Source: Octopus vulgaris (taxonomy: Eukaryota). Taken from it: a stretch of DNA of 64,000 nt. Position numbers and translations under genes: made by a program. Positions 1 through 14,215 of this stretch are shown piece after piece; positions within the stretch are counted from its first letter, which is position 1; the number at the start of each line of letters is the position of its first letter. The DNA is taken from positions 78,244,001 to 78,308,000 of the forward strand of contig OX597820.1 in NCBI GenBank assembly GCA_951406725.2. The letters run 5' to 3'. Under the pieces are notes generated by a model. It did not search any database. It saw only the letters and a list, made by a program, of their open reading frames with translations, and had not been told where the DNA came from.

Positions 1-720
1 ATAACGCACGCAGTCATTTAACTTTTTACCAATTTGTAGAATTATTCTTGGAATATTTTTGCGCCACTCTGTCTCTTACCTTTACTTTGCTTCTCTTAAT
101 TTCCTTTCTTTCTCTCTGTTTCTCTCTGTTTCTCTCTCTCTCTTTCTCTATCTCTTTCTCTCTCTCTCTCTTTCTGTTTCTCTGTTCCCACTATCATGTG
201 ACACGTGATGACCTAAGACGGTGTCATTCCTTTCGGCGCTGCCTTCCACCGTACTGGATAAGATTTTATAAGCTTCTCGCTCAACCCCTTCCGTGTCTCT
301 AGTTCCTTAGGGCAATTTTCATTTCTCCGCGTTACCCACTTTTGTCTTGCCTTGCAGCCCCAAGGCTTTTTGTTCTATATGCATCATCATTATTAATTGT
401 CTTCTTGAGGCCCTAATACTTTATTCTGTTTATTGTTTTGTCCCACGTCTGTCCACTAACGGTCTCGTCTCGGGCATGTCTCGTTTTGTTATGTTGTGCT
501 CCTATTCCCGGCAAGATTTTTGTCGGTGCCCCCGGAGTGGAAGCAATATTATCGATAATTGCTAAAATTGCGCTTGACCCTCTGGCCGATAAGTGATGAA
601 GAATCGGTGACCTTCTGTGATTTCTATTCGCCTGAGTATTTAGTATGTGTTCGTTTGTTTATTTACTACACGTTTTTTAAATTATATGTATATAGAGATA
701 TGTCATATTCTCCGTTTCTC

Positions 721-795
<75 letters not shown>

Positions 796-1431
796 TATAT
801 ATACATACATACATACAAATATCTGTGTTTGACTGTGTGTGTATCTGTTTGTCTGTGACATAATATATACCTGTACATGATTCTGTGCAATAGTAGAAAT
901 TAAAGCATTAAAAATTTATTTGTAGAGATAACTAGCTAAAAAGACCAGTGTGGTGGAATGGTTAGTGGCGTATAGGTTAAATCTCAACGGAAGAATCTTC
1001 AGCGATATTCTAGTCGATTTTGTAAGCTAGTCCTAATTGATAAAAAACAGCAACAATATAGTAATGTGCAAAGGATATGCAATGAGAGAGAAATACCACT
1101 GTCGATAAAAACAAAAATTAAAAATGGTAAAGCAATTTCAAATTAAACATATATACCAACATGTATTTGTAAGAGAGAAGATTGGAAAATAAGGTGCAAA
1201 GCGGAAGAAAGAAAAACTTAATATACGTAAAAATAACACTTCGTGTAAATGAGTTGAAACGATACACGATGGTTTTCCATTTTTTTTCTTTTGCGTTTGT
1301 GGAGGATTGGTACCTGAGATTTACGTAAGAGATTAGCGATGTGAAATAGTAATCGATATGTAATCAACAGGAAATAGAAGAGATACCATTACCTCTCATA
1401 ACCTCTGTCTCTCTGTCTCTCTGTCTCTCTG

Positions 1432-1553
<122 letters not shown>

Positions 1554-1599
1554 ATATATATATATATATACATGCACGCAAAGATACACACACGCATAC

Positions 1600-2640
1600 A
1601 CAGGAGGTGGTATCACACTAGTTTTGTTTAATAAAAAATTGAGTTTTGACATCAACTTCTTCGAGTCATATTGCACAGCAATGCACCGGTCCCAGCATCC
1701 ATGACAAGTTTTGAATCAAGCCAGGAGGTCGTTTTCCGTAAGCGAGGCGATCTGGATCTCGAGAATGGTGCAAAAACGGCCATATTTGAGCTGCATTTTC
1801 TTCTGGGGGAAGAGATGGAAGTCTGCAGGTGCTAGTGCGGAAGCGATATCATGCTGTGTATTTTGGTGGGGGGGGGGCGAGAAACTGACGGATGAGGAGA
1901 GCTCGGTGGACAGGGTGTATTGTTGTGAAGCATCCAATTATTCTCGCTCCACAGATCAGGTCGCTTTCGTTAAATGTTCTCCCTCACACACTTCTAAACA
2001 TCACAGTAGGACTCTCGATTGACATCCTGCTCAGGGCAGAACGAATCTTCGATGCACAGTGGCAAGAATGTCGAAAGCAAAACGATGAGCATGCTCCTGA
2101 TTTAGCTGTGACTCTGTCATGCATTCTTCGATCGTGCAGATGAAGCGCTCTTCGATTTTAACGACTACTTTTTCGTCTCAGAGTTGAACCCGTAGACCCA
2201 ACTCTTGCGAACCGGTGACGATCCTCGACATGAAGGATGAGTCATCAGTGGCACGCAGACGCAGATCCTGACAGAATTCGACGTGACGTTCATTCTGCGT
2301 AGTGGTCAGAAGGTGCGTGAGGAAGATAAACGTGGCAGAGTCACACTGCATGTTCAATTCAGGCGTTAGGGTTGGCCACACGGACCCATGTGGCAGACCA
2401 ACAACATCAGCAATGCCATTGATTCTCCTATCTGATTTTCCTGCACAAGCTGATGAATTTTGTCCACCTTTCAGTGGATGACGCTTGTGGCTGGAGTTCC
2501 AGTTGCCTCATAGTCTTCCGGGGACTTTAAAGCTCCCTTACCTCTCGAAATATTGTGTACGACACTTTGTCTGGTAGTCGTAAGTTGGCCGAAGCATACT
2601 CAATGTCTCTGTAGCAGACTTCTCAAGTTTAACGCCAAAT
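1600..2640 (-). mobile_element. Decayed mariner transposon with fragmented transposase
   Basis: Minus-strand fragments 'FMSRIVTG' (mariner IVTGDE(S/T)W) and 'ASALAPADFHLFPQKKMQLKYGRF' (YSPDLAPxDFxLFPKLK..L.G.RF). Many frameshifts. Confidence 0.8.
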
Positions 2641-2667
2641 ATCACATTTGATCTATGGCTCATATAT

Positions 2668-4360
<1,693 letters not shown>

Positions 4361-4361
4361 G

Positions 4362-4524
4362 TATTTCTTTATTGCCCACAAGGGGGGACAAACAAGGACA
4401 GACAAAGGGATTAAGTCAATTACGTCGACCCCAGTGCGCATCTGATACTTTATTTATCGACCCCGAAAGGATGAAAAGCAAAGTCGACCTGCGGCGGAAT
4501 TTGAACTCAGAACGTAACGGCTGA
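4362..4524 (-). mobile_element. SINE family B body unit
   Basis: Matches the ~180-bp units at 21004-21420 (atcgaccccgaaaggatgaaa..gtcgacc..ggaatttgaactcagaacgtaacgg). Confidence 0.85.
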
Positions 4525-4531
4525 TATATAG

Positions 4532-4565
<34 letters not shown>

Positions 4566-5255
4566 TTTAAACATGGAAACACTTTATATAACAATGTATA
4601 ACTCCATATATTTTCATACATGCACACGTTCATTCAAATATATTCATTAGTTCTTTCAACTAACTCAAGTCTATCCAATACGACTTGTCACGTTGGTAGT
4701 CAGTGGCTTCTGTGTAAAAGCTAAATCACAAGCATACATACATACACACATACACACAAATAATACACACAGACATACGTTCATTCATGAGTGTAAATAT
4801 TTACAAGTAACACACCGAGAGAGACACATACCTAATAAATGACTAGGAGTAAAGTAAAATGAATTAGGCAACCATTTCAAAACGGAAATTCATTACGGTC
4901 AGTCATGTTAGCTAACAAGAGATATCAATTGCCGTTTGACGGTGAATGTTTATCTGGAATAAAATAGCAAGCAACAAATACAGTTTATGTCCATGCGAGA
5001 TTTGTTAAGAAAAATCAGCGCCTATTGAATGCGTAGTACATACACACACACACATACACACACACACACACACACGCACACACATATGTATATATATATA
5101 TATATATATAAAGCAATGAAGATTCAAGTTAATTTAAATGAATTTACTTGAATATGGTACCTAACTTAGATGCACCAAAAAAAACTATACTGTTTTAACA
5201 ATACAGTAATGTGGGGTGATTATAAGCGAGAAAGAAGCAACAAGAATGGATAGGT

Positions 5256-5346
5256 TTTTAGTACAATCGTTTCATACAAGGACAGGCTTTATTAAAAGTT
5301 GCAAAAATTACAGCATATAAACGTGTCCCGTACTCATCAGCTAAAA
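5256..5346 (-). ncRNA. Type I hammerhead ribozyme, inverted copy
   Basis: Exact reverse complement of 5506-5596. Confidence 0.82.
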
Positions 5347-5505
5347 TACATGTGAGTTCTCTTTTTTAAAAATTCTGTGATAAGACTGTACATCATCTTT
5401 AAAGAACTTTAATGAACTTTGGAAATCTGTTTATGTTACTTAATTATCTACATTACTTCATGAGTATAGCCTCAACCAATAGGATGTCTAGAGAACTCAC
5501 ATGTA

Positions 5506-5596
5506 TTTTAGCTGATGAGTACGGGACACGTTTATATGCTGTAATTTTTGCAACTTTTAATAAAGCCTGTCCTTGTATGAAACGATTGTACTAAAA
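5506..5596 (+). ncRNA. Type I minimal hammerhead ribozyme with a 60-nt helix II
   Basis: TTTTAG(5506-11)-CTGATGA(5512-18)-GTACGGGACA..TGTCCTTGTAT-GAAA(5579-82)-C-GATT-GTA(5588-90)-CTAAAA(5591-96). Helix I is a perfect 6 bp and the GUA cleavage triplet is present. Confidence 0.85.
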
Positions 5597-5627
5597 ACCT
5601 ATCCATTCTTGTTGCTTCTTTCTCGCG

Positions 5628-5660
<33 letters not shown>

Positions 5661-5756
5661 ACGCACACAAACACAAACACACAAACACACACGCACATAC
5701 ACACACACACACACACATACACAAATACACACATATACACACACAGATACGTGTAT

Positions 5757-6515
<759 letters not shown>

Positions 6516-6976
6516 TAGATACATAGATAGATAGAGGGAGAGAGAGATTTAGATATAATACTAAATGAGTCCCCTTTATAAATTGTATAGAATGAATAGT
6601 TACAATTGGTAAAGCATAGTTGGTTCCTGTACTGATTACTGTGTAATCAATAAATAAATGGACAGAACATCTGAGAATCAGTCTGCAAACATATTCTGAC
6701 AATACAGTTCGTTCGACAACTGATTGATATGTATAGGTTTGTAGAATATATTTGCTACTCTGATCAAACAAATACATACACACATACATACATACATACA
6801 TACATACATACATACATACATACATACATACATACATGCATGCATACATACATACATACACACACGCACACACACACACACATATATATATATATTTATA
6901 CATACATGTATAATAATGTTTAAGCATATATATATATACATACACGCACATACATAGAAACTGAAGCAGAGAGATG

Positions 6977-7008
<32 letters not shown>

Positions 7009-7125
7009 GTGTGTGTGTGCGTGTGTGTGTGTTTTGTGTGTGTGATGTGTACAAATGAACGTATGACTGCTTCTTTTAACTTTAGAGCTCTACGTGGATT
7101 ATCACCGTTCAATCTGCTTCCAGTA

Positions 7126-7529
7126 TACTCTTTACTCTTTTACTTGTTTCAGTCATTTGACTGCGGCCATGCCAGAGCACCGCCTTTAGTCGAGCAAATC
7201 GACCCCAGGACTTATTCTTTGTAAGCCCAGTACTTATTCTAACGGTCTCTTTTGCCGAACCGCTAGTTGACGGGGACGTAAACACACCAGCATCGGTTGT
7301 CAAACAATGCTAGGGGGACAAACACAGACACACAAACATACACACACATACATATATATATATACATATATACGACAGGCTTCTTTCAGTTTCCGTCTAC
7401 CAAATCCACTCACAAAGCATCGCGAGGTTATAGTAGAAGACACTTGCCTAAGATGCCACGCAGTGGGACTGAACCCGAAACCATGTGGTTGGTAAGCAAG
7501 CTACGTACCACACAGTTACTCCTGCGCCT
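7126..7529 (-). mobile_element. SINE family A, full length
   Basis: Head aggcgcaggag..gtggtacgtagcttgcttaccaaccacatggtttcgggttcagtcccac and (AAAGAGT)n-like tail. Confidence 0.92.
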
Positions 7530-7898
7530 GGTAGTTAGGCAAACATGTTTAGGAGTAGTTTTTTCGTTTCGATCTCTGCATTGGAACTTCGAAGTGCATT
7601 CGGGGGTTTAACTAAAACGGATCTTCAAGGAACACTTTATTGCATCATGTTACATAGAACTAATGTATGGAGTTGGATAAATTGCGAAACAGGAGAAGGT
7701 AAAATGGAACGAAGAAACAAAGGTAGGGGAAATAAAAAAGATAATATAGGATAAAGAAAGAGAAACAGTGATGGGGAAAATAAAAAAAAACAAGGTGAGA
7801 TCGTAATTTGAGAAAGGAATAAAGAAAGGGAGCAAGGAAGAAAAAAGCAGGACAACAATAAGGAGTAAATGAAAAAATAGTAAACAGTAAGAAATGAT

Positions 7899-8118
7899 GT
7901 TCTATATTAAAGACACGAGGAATTACGTACATTATTTACATTTAACGGATATTTGTCCTCATCTTGTTTGTTGTCAACACAACGTTTCGGCCGATGCACC
8001 CTCCAGCTTTCATCGGGTGTTTTGGGGGAATTTCGAAACTGGGTTCTCATTCCTAAGGTATTTTTCGATGTTATTATTATTATCATCATTATTATCATTA
8101 TTATTATTATTATTATTA

Positions 8119-8180
<62 letters not shown>

Positions 8181-8480
8181 TATTCAAGTCACTGTCTGGA
8201 ATTGAACTCGGAATCTTGGGGTTAGTAGCCCGCGCTCTTAACCACCATGGCCATATGGTGTAATGGTTAAGAGCGCGGGCTACTAACCCCAAGATTCCGA
8301 GTTCAAATCCAGGCTTGAATAATAATAAAAATAATAACATCGAAAAATACCTAAGGAATGAGAACCCAGATTCAAAACTTTCTCAAGATGAAGGCTAAAG
8401 TGTATATCAGCCGAAACGTTGTGTTAACAACAAAGAAGATGGTGGAAACTATTTGTCAAATGTAAATAATGTAAATAATA
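7899..8480. mobile_element. Head-to-head inverted pair of a tRNA-head / (TAA)n / hammerhead-tail element (family H)
   Basis: Palindrome centred near 8250. A box TGGTGTAATGG 8256-66, B box GAGTTCAAATCC 8299-8310, TAA tract, then catcgaaaaatacc..ggaatgagaacccag..hammerhead..tgtaaataatgta on both arms. Confidence 0.85.
7976..8021 (-). ncRNA. Minimal hammerhead motif, family H (CCGATGA variant)
   Basis: AACAC-CCGATGA-A-AGCTG..CGGCC-GAAACGTT-GTGTT. Helix I AACAC/GTGTT. Confidence 0.6.
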
Positions 8481-8540
8481 TAAATAAGTAATGATACGTG
8501 AAAATGAATATATTAATAAGCAGCTAAATAGATAAATCTT

Positions 8541-8918
8541 TGCACTCCGTCGGTTACAACTGCGAGGGTTCCAGTTGATCCGGTTAACGGAACAGCCTGC
8601 TCGTGAAATTAACGTGCAAGTGGCTGAGCACTCCACAGATACGTGTACCCTTAACGTAGTTCTCGGGGAGATTCAACCTGACACAGAGTGTGACAAGGCT
8701 GGCTGCATTGAAATACAGTTACAACAGAAACAGAAAGAAAGAGAGAAAGTTGTGGTGAAAGAGTACAGCAGGGTTCGCCCCACAATTCCCTGCCGGGGCA
8801 TCGTGGAGCTTTAGGTGTTTTCGCTTAATAAACACTCACAACGCTCGGTCTGGGAATCGAAACCGCGATTCTACGACCGCGCGTCCGCTGCCCTACCACT
8901 GGGCCATTGCGCCTCCAC
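8541..8918 (-). mobile_element. tRNA SINE (family D head/body with family C tail) and 11-bp TSD
   Basis: Head gtggaggcgcaatggcccagtggtagggcagcgg..ggtttcgattccc. Tail shared with 62249-62566. TSD aatagataaat at 8527-37 and 8921-31. Confidence 0.88.
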
Positions 8919-9119
8919 TTAATAGATAAATATACACAAGAGATAGAGAAGTAAGAGATTATAATAAAGAAGTGTTTGGAAATGGTCTGTTAGATACGCA
9001 TTGGTTGAATCTAAAATTGGTTGAAACCCAGATGTAGTTAGATACAAGAATAGTGTAGGTCGTGATCTTAGACAACAGCATAAATGTCTAAAGGTGAGAT
9101 TGTATATATCATGTCACTA

Positions 9120-9540
9120 TATAGGAGGAGGTACCAAAGAGTAACTGGAAACGTTCTATGTGGGAGAAGCCCGTTTTAGCTCAGGCTTCTGCCGCTACTA
9201 ACCACTTGATGCGATCCTAAGGGATCAGTCTGCCAACCGGCGTTGTCGTGTGGATTTGTACTACCATGCGTACGTCTTTGTTTTGCAGAGCTTCTCCTCT
9301 GTTCGTTGATTTTTACGATGGCCGAAACGAAGGAATAAATTGCTTCTGTGATATTCTGTTTTCTGCAGCGAAAAAAGGTTGCCAAAACAGTTGTCCTGCT
9401 TCAAACACCTTACAAGGCCGCTGCCATAAGCAAAACACTAGTTTACGAGTGGTTTTCATGCTTTTGGGAAGATCACATGTCGCTTGAGGACCCCACTCGT
9501 TCACGGTCGCAATCGACTTTCCGAGCGAATACAACATGAA
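9120..9540 (+). mobile_element. Mariner 5' fragment (transposase N-terminal HTH)
   Basis: 'IFCFLQRKKVAKTVVLLQTPYKAAAISKTLVYEWFSCF..SLEDPTRSRSQST' matches the mariner IKFCF..T..ML..Y...ALS..VYEWF.RF..LED.PRSGRPST pattern. Confidence 0.8.
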
Positions 9541-9547
9541 AATGTAT

Positions 9548-9715
9548 AGGCATAGTAGTGGCTGTGTGGTAAGTAGATTGCTACCAAACCACATGTTTCC
9601 GAGTTCAGTCTCACTACGTGGCACTTTAGGCAAGTGTCTCCAGCTATAGCCGCGGACCGACCAAAGCCTTGTGAGTGGATTTGGTAGACGGAAACTGAAG
9701 GAAGCCCATCGTATA

Positions 9716-9753
<38 letters not shown>
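9548..9753 (+). mobile_element. SINE family A, 5' half ending in (TA)n
   Basis: Same head and body as 7126-7529. Confidence 0.85.
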
Positions 9754-9756
<3 letters not shown>

Positions 9757-10507
9757 GAAGCTTCTCACTTTCAACACTCATGATTCTCGTACCGACTATT
9801 TCTTTTCGAGTTTGTATATCCAAATGCAGGGTGGCACTTTATTAGTATCCGACTTGCTGTCCTTTGTGATAGACAGACGAAACGTAGCCGAGATTCGGGA
9901 TACTAAAGTTTTTCGACAGTCAACATATTATTTAAAACAGCGCGTGTGTGCGCGAAGGTATGTACTTTAGAGAGAAAACATAGAGTGAGATTGAAATAAA
10001 AAAAGCAAAGAGATAAAAAGCGACAGTGATCTCCAGACAAAATAAACATGTAGTGTATTTCTTTTCCTCTTCATTCTTTCCATTTTCACATATAACATCT
10101 TAAAGCTTCTTTATAGAATCAAATGATTAAATCAATACGGCATACCTTATCTCTACATAGTTCCTTACTTAAATCAACTGCAAACGTGTTTGTTTTGTTT
10201 CTTATTTTGTTTGTTTTTGTTTAGCTAACATATTAGATTTCTTTATTGGTTCTGTTTATCTAGCTGAAGTGAACAGAGAGCAGATTGTATGAATATCTTA
10301 CCTAAATGTGATAAATTCTCTCTCTATCCAGATTAATATTTATATCTCATTCGTCTTTACACAAAGAAAGGTCAACCTAAGGTGACGAGGAAGTTTCTAA
10401 CAGGGACACTTTAGCTACTGAAAATACGAACCAAATCTTCCTTAAATCACAATTTCCTGTCTTATAAGCTGCTTAGAAACTATTATTTATACATGGCTCT
10501 GTCCTCT

Positions 10508-10765
10508 CGTCATCATCATCATCAACAACCACTGGACTCATAGGGCCAGTTGTCTTGTTTCTATGGAGTATGAATAACCGAGATCATTGAATTCCTTCTG
10601 AAGGGGATGCTGGTCCGTCACCGGCTTAGTCATGTATAGCTGACAGAACTGAGGCAACGGAAAATGAAGTGTCTTGCTCACGACGCACTGCTCGGTCAGA
10701 GATTCGAAATCATGACCGCTAGATCGTCAGTATAATACACTAACTAATCCGCAAAGCGACGCTCA
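10508..10765 (-). mobile_element. Degraded tRNA SINE (family C-type body, (GAT)n tail)
   Basis: gagcaagacacttcatttt..gttgcctcagt body and gaaacaagacaactggccctatgag tail. Confidence 0.6.
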
Positions 10766-10841
10766 TTCTCGGCACATGGTAGAAATACGGAATCGTCATG
10801 GCTAGAACGACGTTGACCATATATTTGCTCAATATCAACAA

Positions 10842-11000
10842 TGCAGGCATGGTTGTGTGGTCATAAGTTTGCTTATCAACCACGGGGTTCCGAGTTCAGT
10901 CCCACTGCTTGGAATCTCGGGAAAATGTCTTGTAATATGATCTCGAACCAACCAAAGATTTGTGACTTGATTTGGTAGACGTAAACTGAAAGAAACCAGC

Positions 11001-11056
<56 letters not shown>

Positions 11057-11320
11057 CCAACACACATGCACAAAACCATATACTCACGCGTGTGTGTGTC
11101 AGTATGTGTGTCTGTGTTTGTGTGTGCATCTGTGTTTCCCCCTTCCACAGATTGATAACCGGTGTAGGTGTGTTTACGTCTCTGTAACCAAGCGTGTCGT
11201 TAAAAGGGAAGATATAATAAATACAAAGTTCTACAAAGGGGAAGTACTGGGAGCGATTCGTAAGACTAAAATTCCACAGCATGGCCGCACTCTAATCAGT
11301 CAAACATGTAAAAGAAAAGA
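10842..11320 (+). mobile_element. SINE family A, diverged
   Basis: Head, internal TA/TG tract and cagcatggccgc..aaacatgtaaaag tail. Confidence 0.82.
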
Positions 11321-12783
11321 ACGTTACAGCAGGCGCCTTTTGAGTAACATTGGAGAAATTGATCTGTATTTTTTCTCTCTTTTTCACCTTAGGTCGTCTA
11401 TGGAGAATTAGAGTAAATAGCTTTCTTTTATTCCTCACTAAGTTTTATCACCTTCAGTAAGAGAGCAGGAGTATCGGATCTTTTCTATATGGCTGTTTAA
11501 AGATTTGGTGTATTGATGTAATTTTCCATGCTGAAACTCAAGAGAGAATTCACTTTTTCCAGAAATTTCTTTTTTAAAAGTTACAGAAGTTTAAAATTAA
11601 ATCATTTTCACCCAGTCAGAAAACAGGATTTGGAAGTTGTCATTTCAGGCATGACGGCATCTGTTGTCAACAGTAAACAAATGAAATATTGGAGGAATTC
11701 TGCTTTATGCACGCCATATAACCCCTCATAATTATTTTACATTTTGGGGGATTTTCAGAACATTTTCGCGAATTTGTATTCTATACATGAGAATTCATAC
11801 GATTATGCAAAAATGTAAAACTATTTGGGGGTACGTGATTCAAAACCTATTATTTTCAGCACATCTCACAAACACACTATACCACGTATTTTAATCATTT
11901 AATAAACGAAAAACGACCACGTGGTTTAACAGCTTAGTAACAGTTTAGATTTTTACTATGGAAACAGGTACCTATATGTTTGTGGCTTTCTATTCGCTAA
12001 AATATCCCCAAATTTGTAAAATTTAAAGGCTATTAACTCTTTATCTCTTGATTTATTACGAAAATGTCAATGATTACTTTAAAAACTACACCAAACACAA
12101 AATATGAAATCAATTGGAATAAAATTTGAAGAAATTGAAAAGTGGCAGCAAAACGGAAATGATCCGAAATATTCTCTCAATAAAACATACCACAAGCAGT
12201 TTGATAAGATTAACATAGGCTGAGGGTTAAGGTTTTAAATTATAACACAACAAAGTTTCATATAACGATACATGCTACGAAACATTTAAGAAAAATATAG
12301 AAACGTGATGTGAATTTATACAATCGTCTTGTCAATATATATTCACGCCAATCTAACAAAATTACGATACATACAACATAGCATGAAAGCTTATACCTAA
12401 GCTGTAAACACAGAACATATATGTATAGTACTCACGAGATTCAATCTCCAGACGCTACTGCCTGGCAGTAAAGAGAAACTCAATTATTAAAATATTATTG
12501 TATTGTTATTCAGCAGTTTTATTTGATCAATATGCCGATGATAATTAAACAATGTTTTCCTTTCAAATTGCTATGTATTATTTTAAAAACGTATTGTTCA
12601 GATAATCATTATCATTTTGATACACATCACAGGATATCGTACAGATACTGGTTTTCAAAGAATCTAGAAAATGAATTTCAGAAACCCTACCTAGAATCCG
12701 TCGATTACTGGTTTACTACATTGCTGACTTCGAACGGTTCACGGTTTGCTGCGATGGTCATTAATTTTCAATGTACCTAAGCA

Positions 12784-12830
<47 letters not shown>

Positions 12831-12832
<2 letters not shown>

Positions 12833-13200
12833 GAGAAAATGGAGGGGATCAATAGGTGGTTCATCAACTTTTAGACATTATATTATGTCAATTTATTTAT
12901 CTATTTTCAAAAATGACAATTACAAGAATCTACATACATATATAACATATTATGCTTTACATATAAACTATATTAATATATAAAGATACCCGTAATTATT
13001 AAAATATATCATACAGGAATATAAATTGTGAAAATATCTTACAGCTGTTTCAGCCAAGAGGCAAATATACCTCATTCTACCTTTATTGCTCCAGTAGACT
13101 GAAGTAATAAGTAGATGAAATTGAGGTACTTGTGTGTTTCTCTAGGCTTCGTCAGAGATTTTATAAAGTACATAAGGTTAAGTTATAAATAAATAGATAC
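12831..13200 (-). mobile_element. Penelope-like pLTR fragment next to (TA)n
   Basis: Contains the hammerhead at 13036-13159. Its terminus agaaaatggagg recurs next to (TA)n at ~60700. Boundaries are approximate. Confidence 0.55.
13036..13159 (-). ncRNA. Type I minimal hammerhead ribozyme with a 97-nt rod-like helix II
   Basis: ATCT-CTGACGA-AGCCTAGAG..CTCTTGGCT-GAAA-C-AGCT-GTA-AGAT. Loop III is the palindrome AGCT. Inner pairings GTACCTCA/TGAGGTAT, TCTAC/GTAGA, TTATT/AATAA, CTTCAG/CTGGAG. Confidence 0.85.
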
Positions 13201-13441
13201 ACATTTACATACTTATACATATACATATGCATACATATATAAATATACATAAATACATATATATATATATATACACTTAAATGTACATACATATTTACAT
13301 TTATAAGCATAAACAATAATCAATTATTATTAATAATATTAGATGCATTATATTATTCATATTAGATAAAATATTAACAGAGGTATGAAAAAGTAATAAG
13401 AATAGTAATTTTGTATTCTATAAGATATATATATATATTTA

Positions 13442-13547
<106 letters not shown>

Positions 13548-13999
13548 ATCAAGGACACAGAAAATCATTGTGGTTAACCAATAGGACTCTGCAACGAATT
13601 AAGTTTGTATGTAGAGACCCCACTTTATACACATACATAAATACACAGAAGCACAAGTTGATATTCCCATACATGCATTCATTCATTCATTCATTCATTC
13701 ATACATACGTATTCCATATTTCTCTCTGGATATTATCCAGGAACTGATTTTATTACAAGCACTTAACTATTTTCAGAAGAATGAAAATACGATAATCTAA
13801 TGTGTTAATAGTTTATATATCACTTGCCGAGAACCATCAAGCTTCATTTAAGGTGAAGCAGTTCTAGATGAGACGGAAACTGCATCGTTTCGGATTTCAA
13901 ACGTGACTGCCAATTCAATATACAGTTTAGTTATTTCTCGCTTAGCAACGTCAGACATTTTGAACCATTAATCTGATTCAGTAAAGTAGTTGAATATGG

Positions 14000-14007
14000 A
14001 GGATGAC

Positions 14008-14060
<53 letters not shown>

Positions 14061-14078
14061 CGACGACGACAACGATGT

Positions 14079-14109
<31 letters not shown>

Positions 14110-14215
14110 AAACATCATCATCATCATAAGGCGAAGGTGGTGGCTGTGGTGGTGACGGTGATTATGATGATAATGTTCATCATCGTCATTATCGTCGTCA
14201 TCATCATCATCATTT
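14000..14215. repeat. Compound (GAT)n/(CAT)n microsatellite
   Basis: Direct inspection. It produces the spurious poly-D/H ORF. Confidence 0.9.

Larger units (their letters stand above)
5226..5626. mobile_element. Penelope-like pLTR module with a perfect 137-bp inverted repeat (5226-5362 / 5490-5626)
   Basis: Arms are exact reverse complements by eye, with a 127-bp spacer. Each arm carries a hammerhead motif. The locus lies between (TA)n tracts. Confidence 0.8.

Noticed and set aside
575-640. GTGATGAAG motif near a (TA)n-adjacent repeat end, as a possible hammerhead
   Set aside because: No CUGA, no downstream GAAA and no helix I.
8249-8314. tRNA gene
   Set aside because: It has A and B boxes but no proper acceptor stem, and it is repeated in inverted form as part of a mobile element.
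11721-11832. Imperfect hairpin (acccc..ttttacatttt / aaaatgtaaaa..ggggt)
   Set aside because: Probably an old MITE fragment. Ends and TSD cannot be defined.
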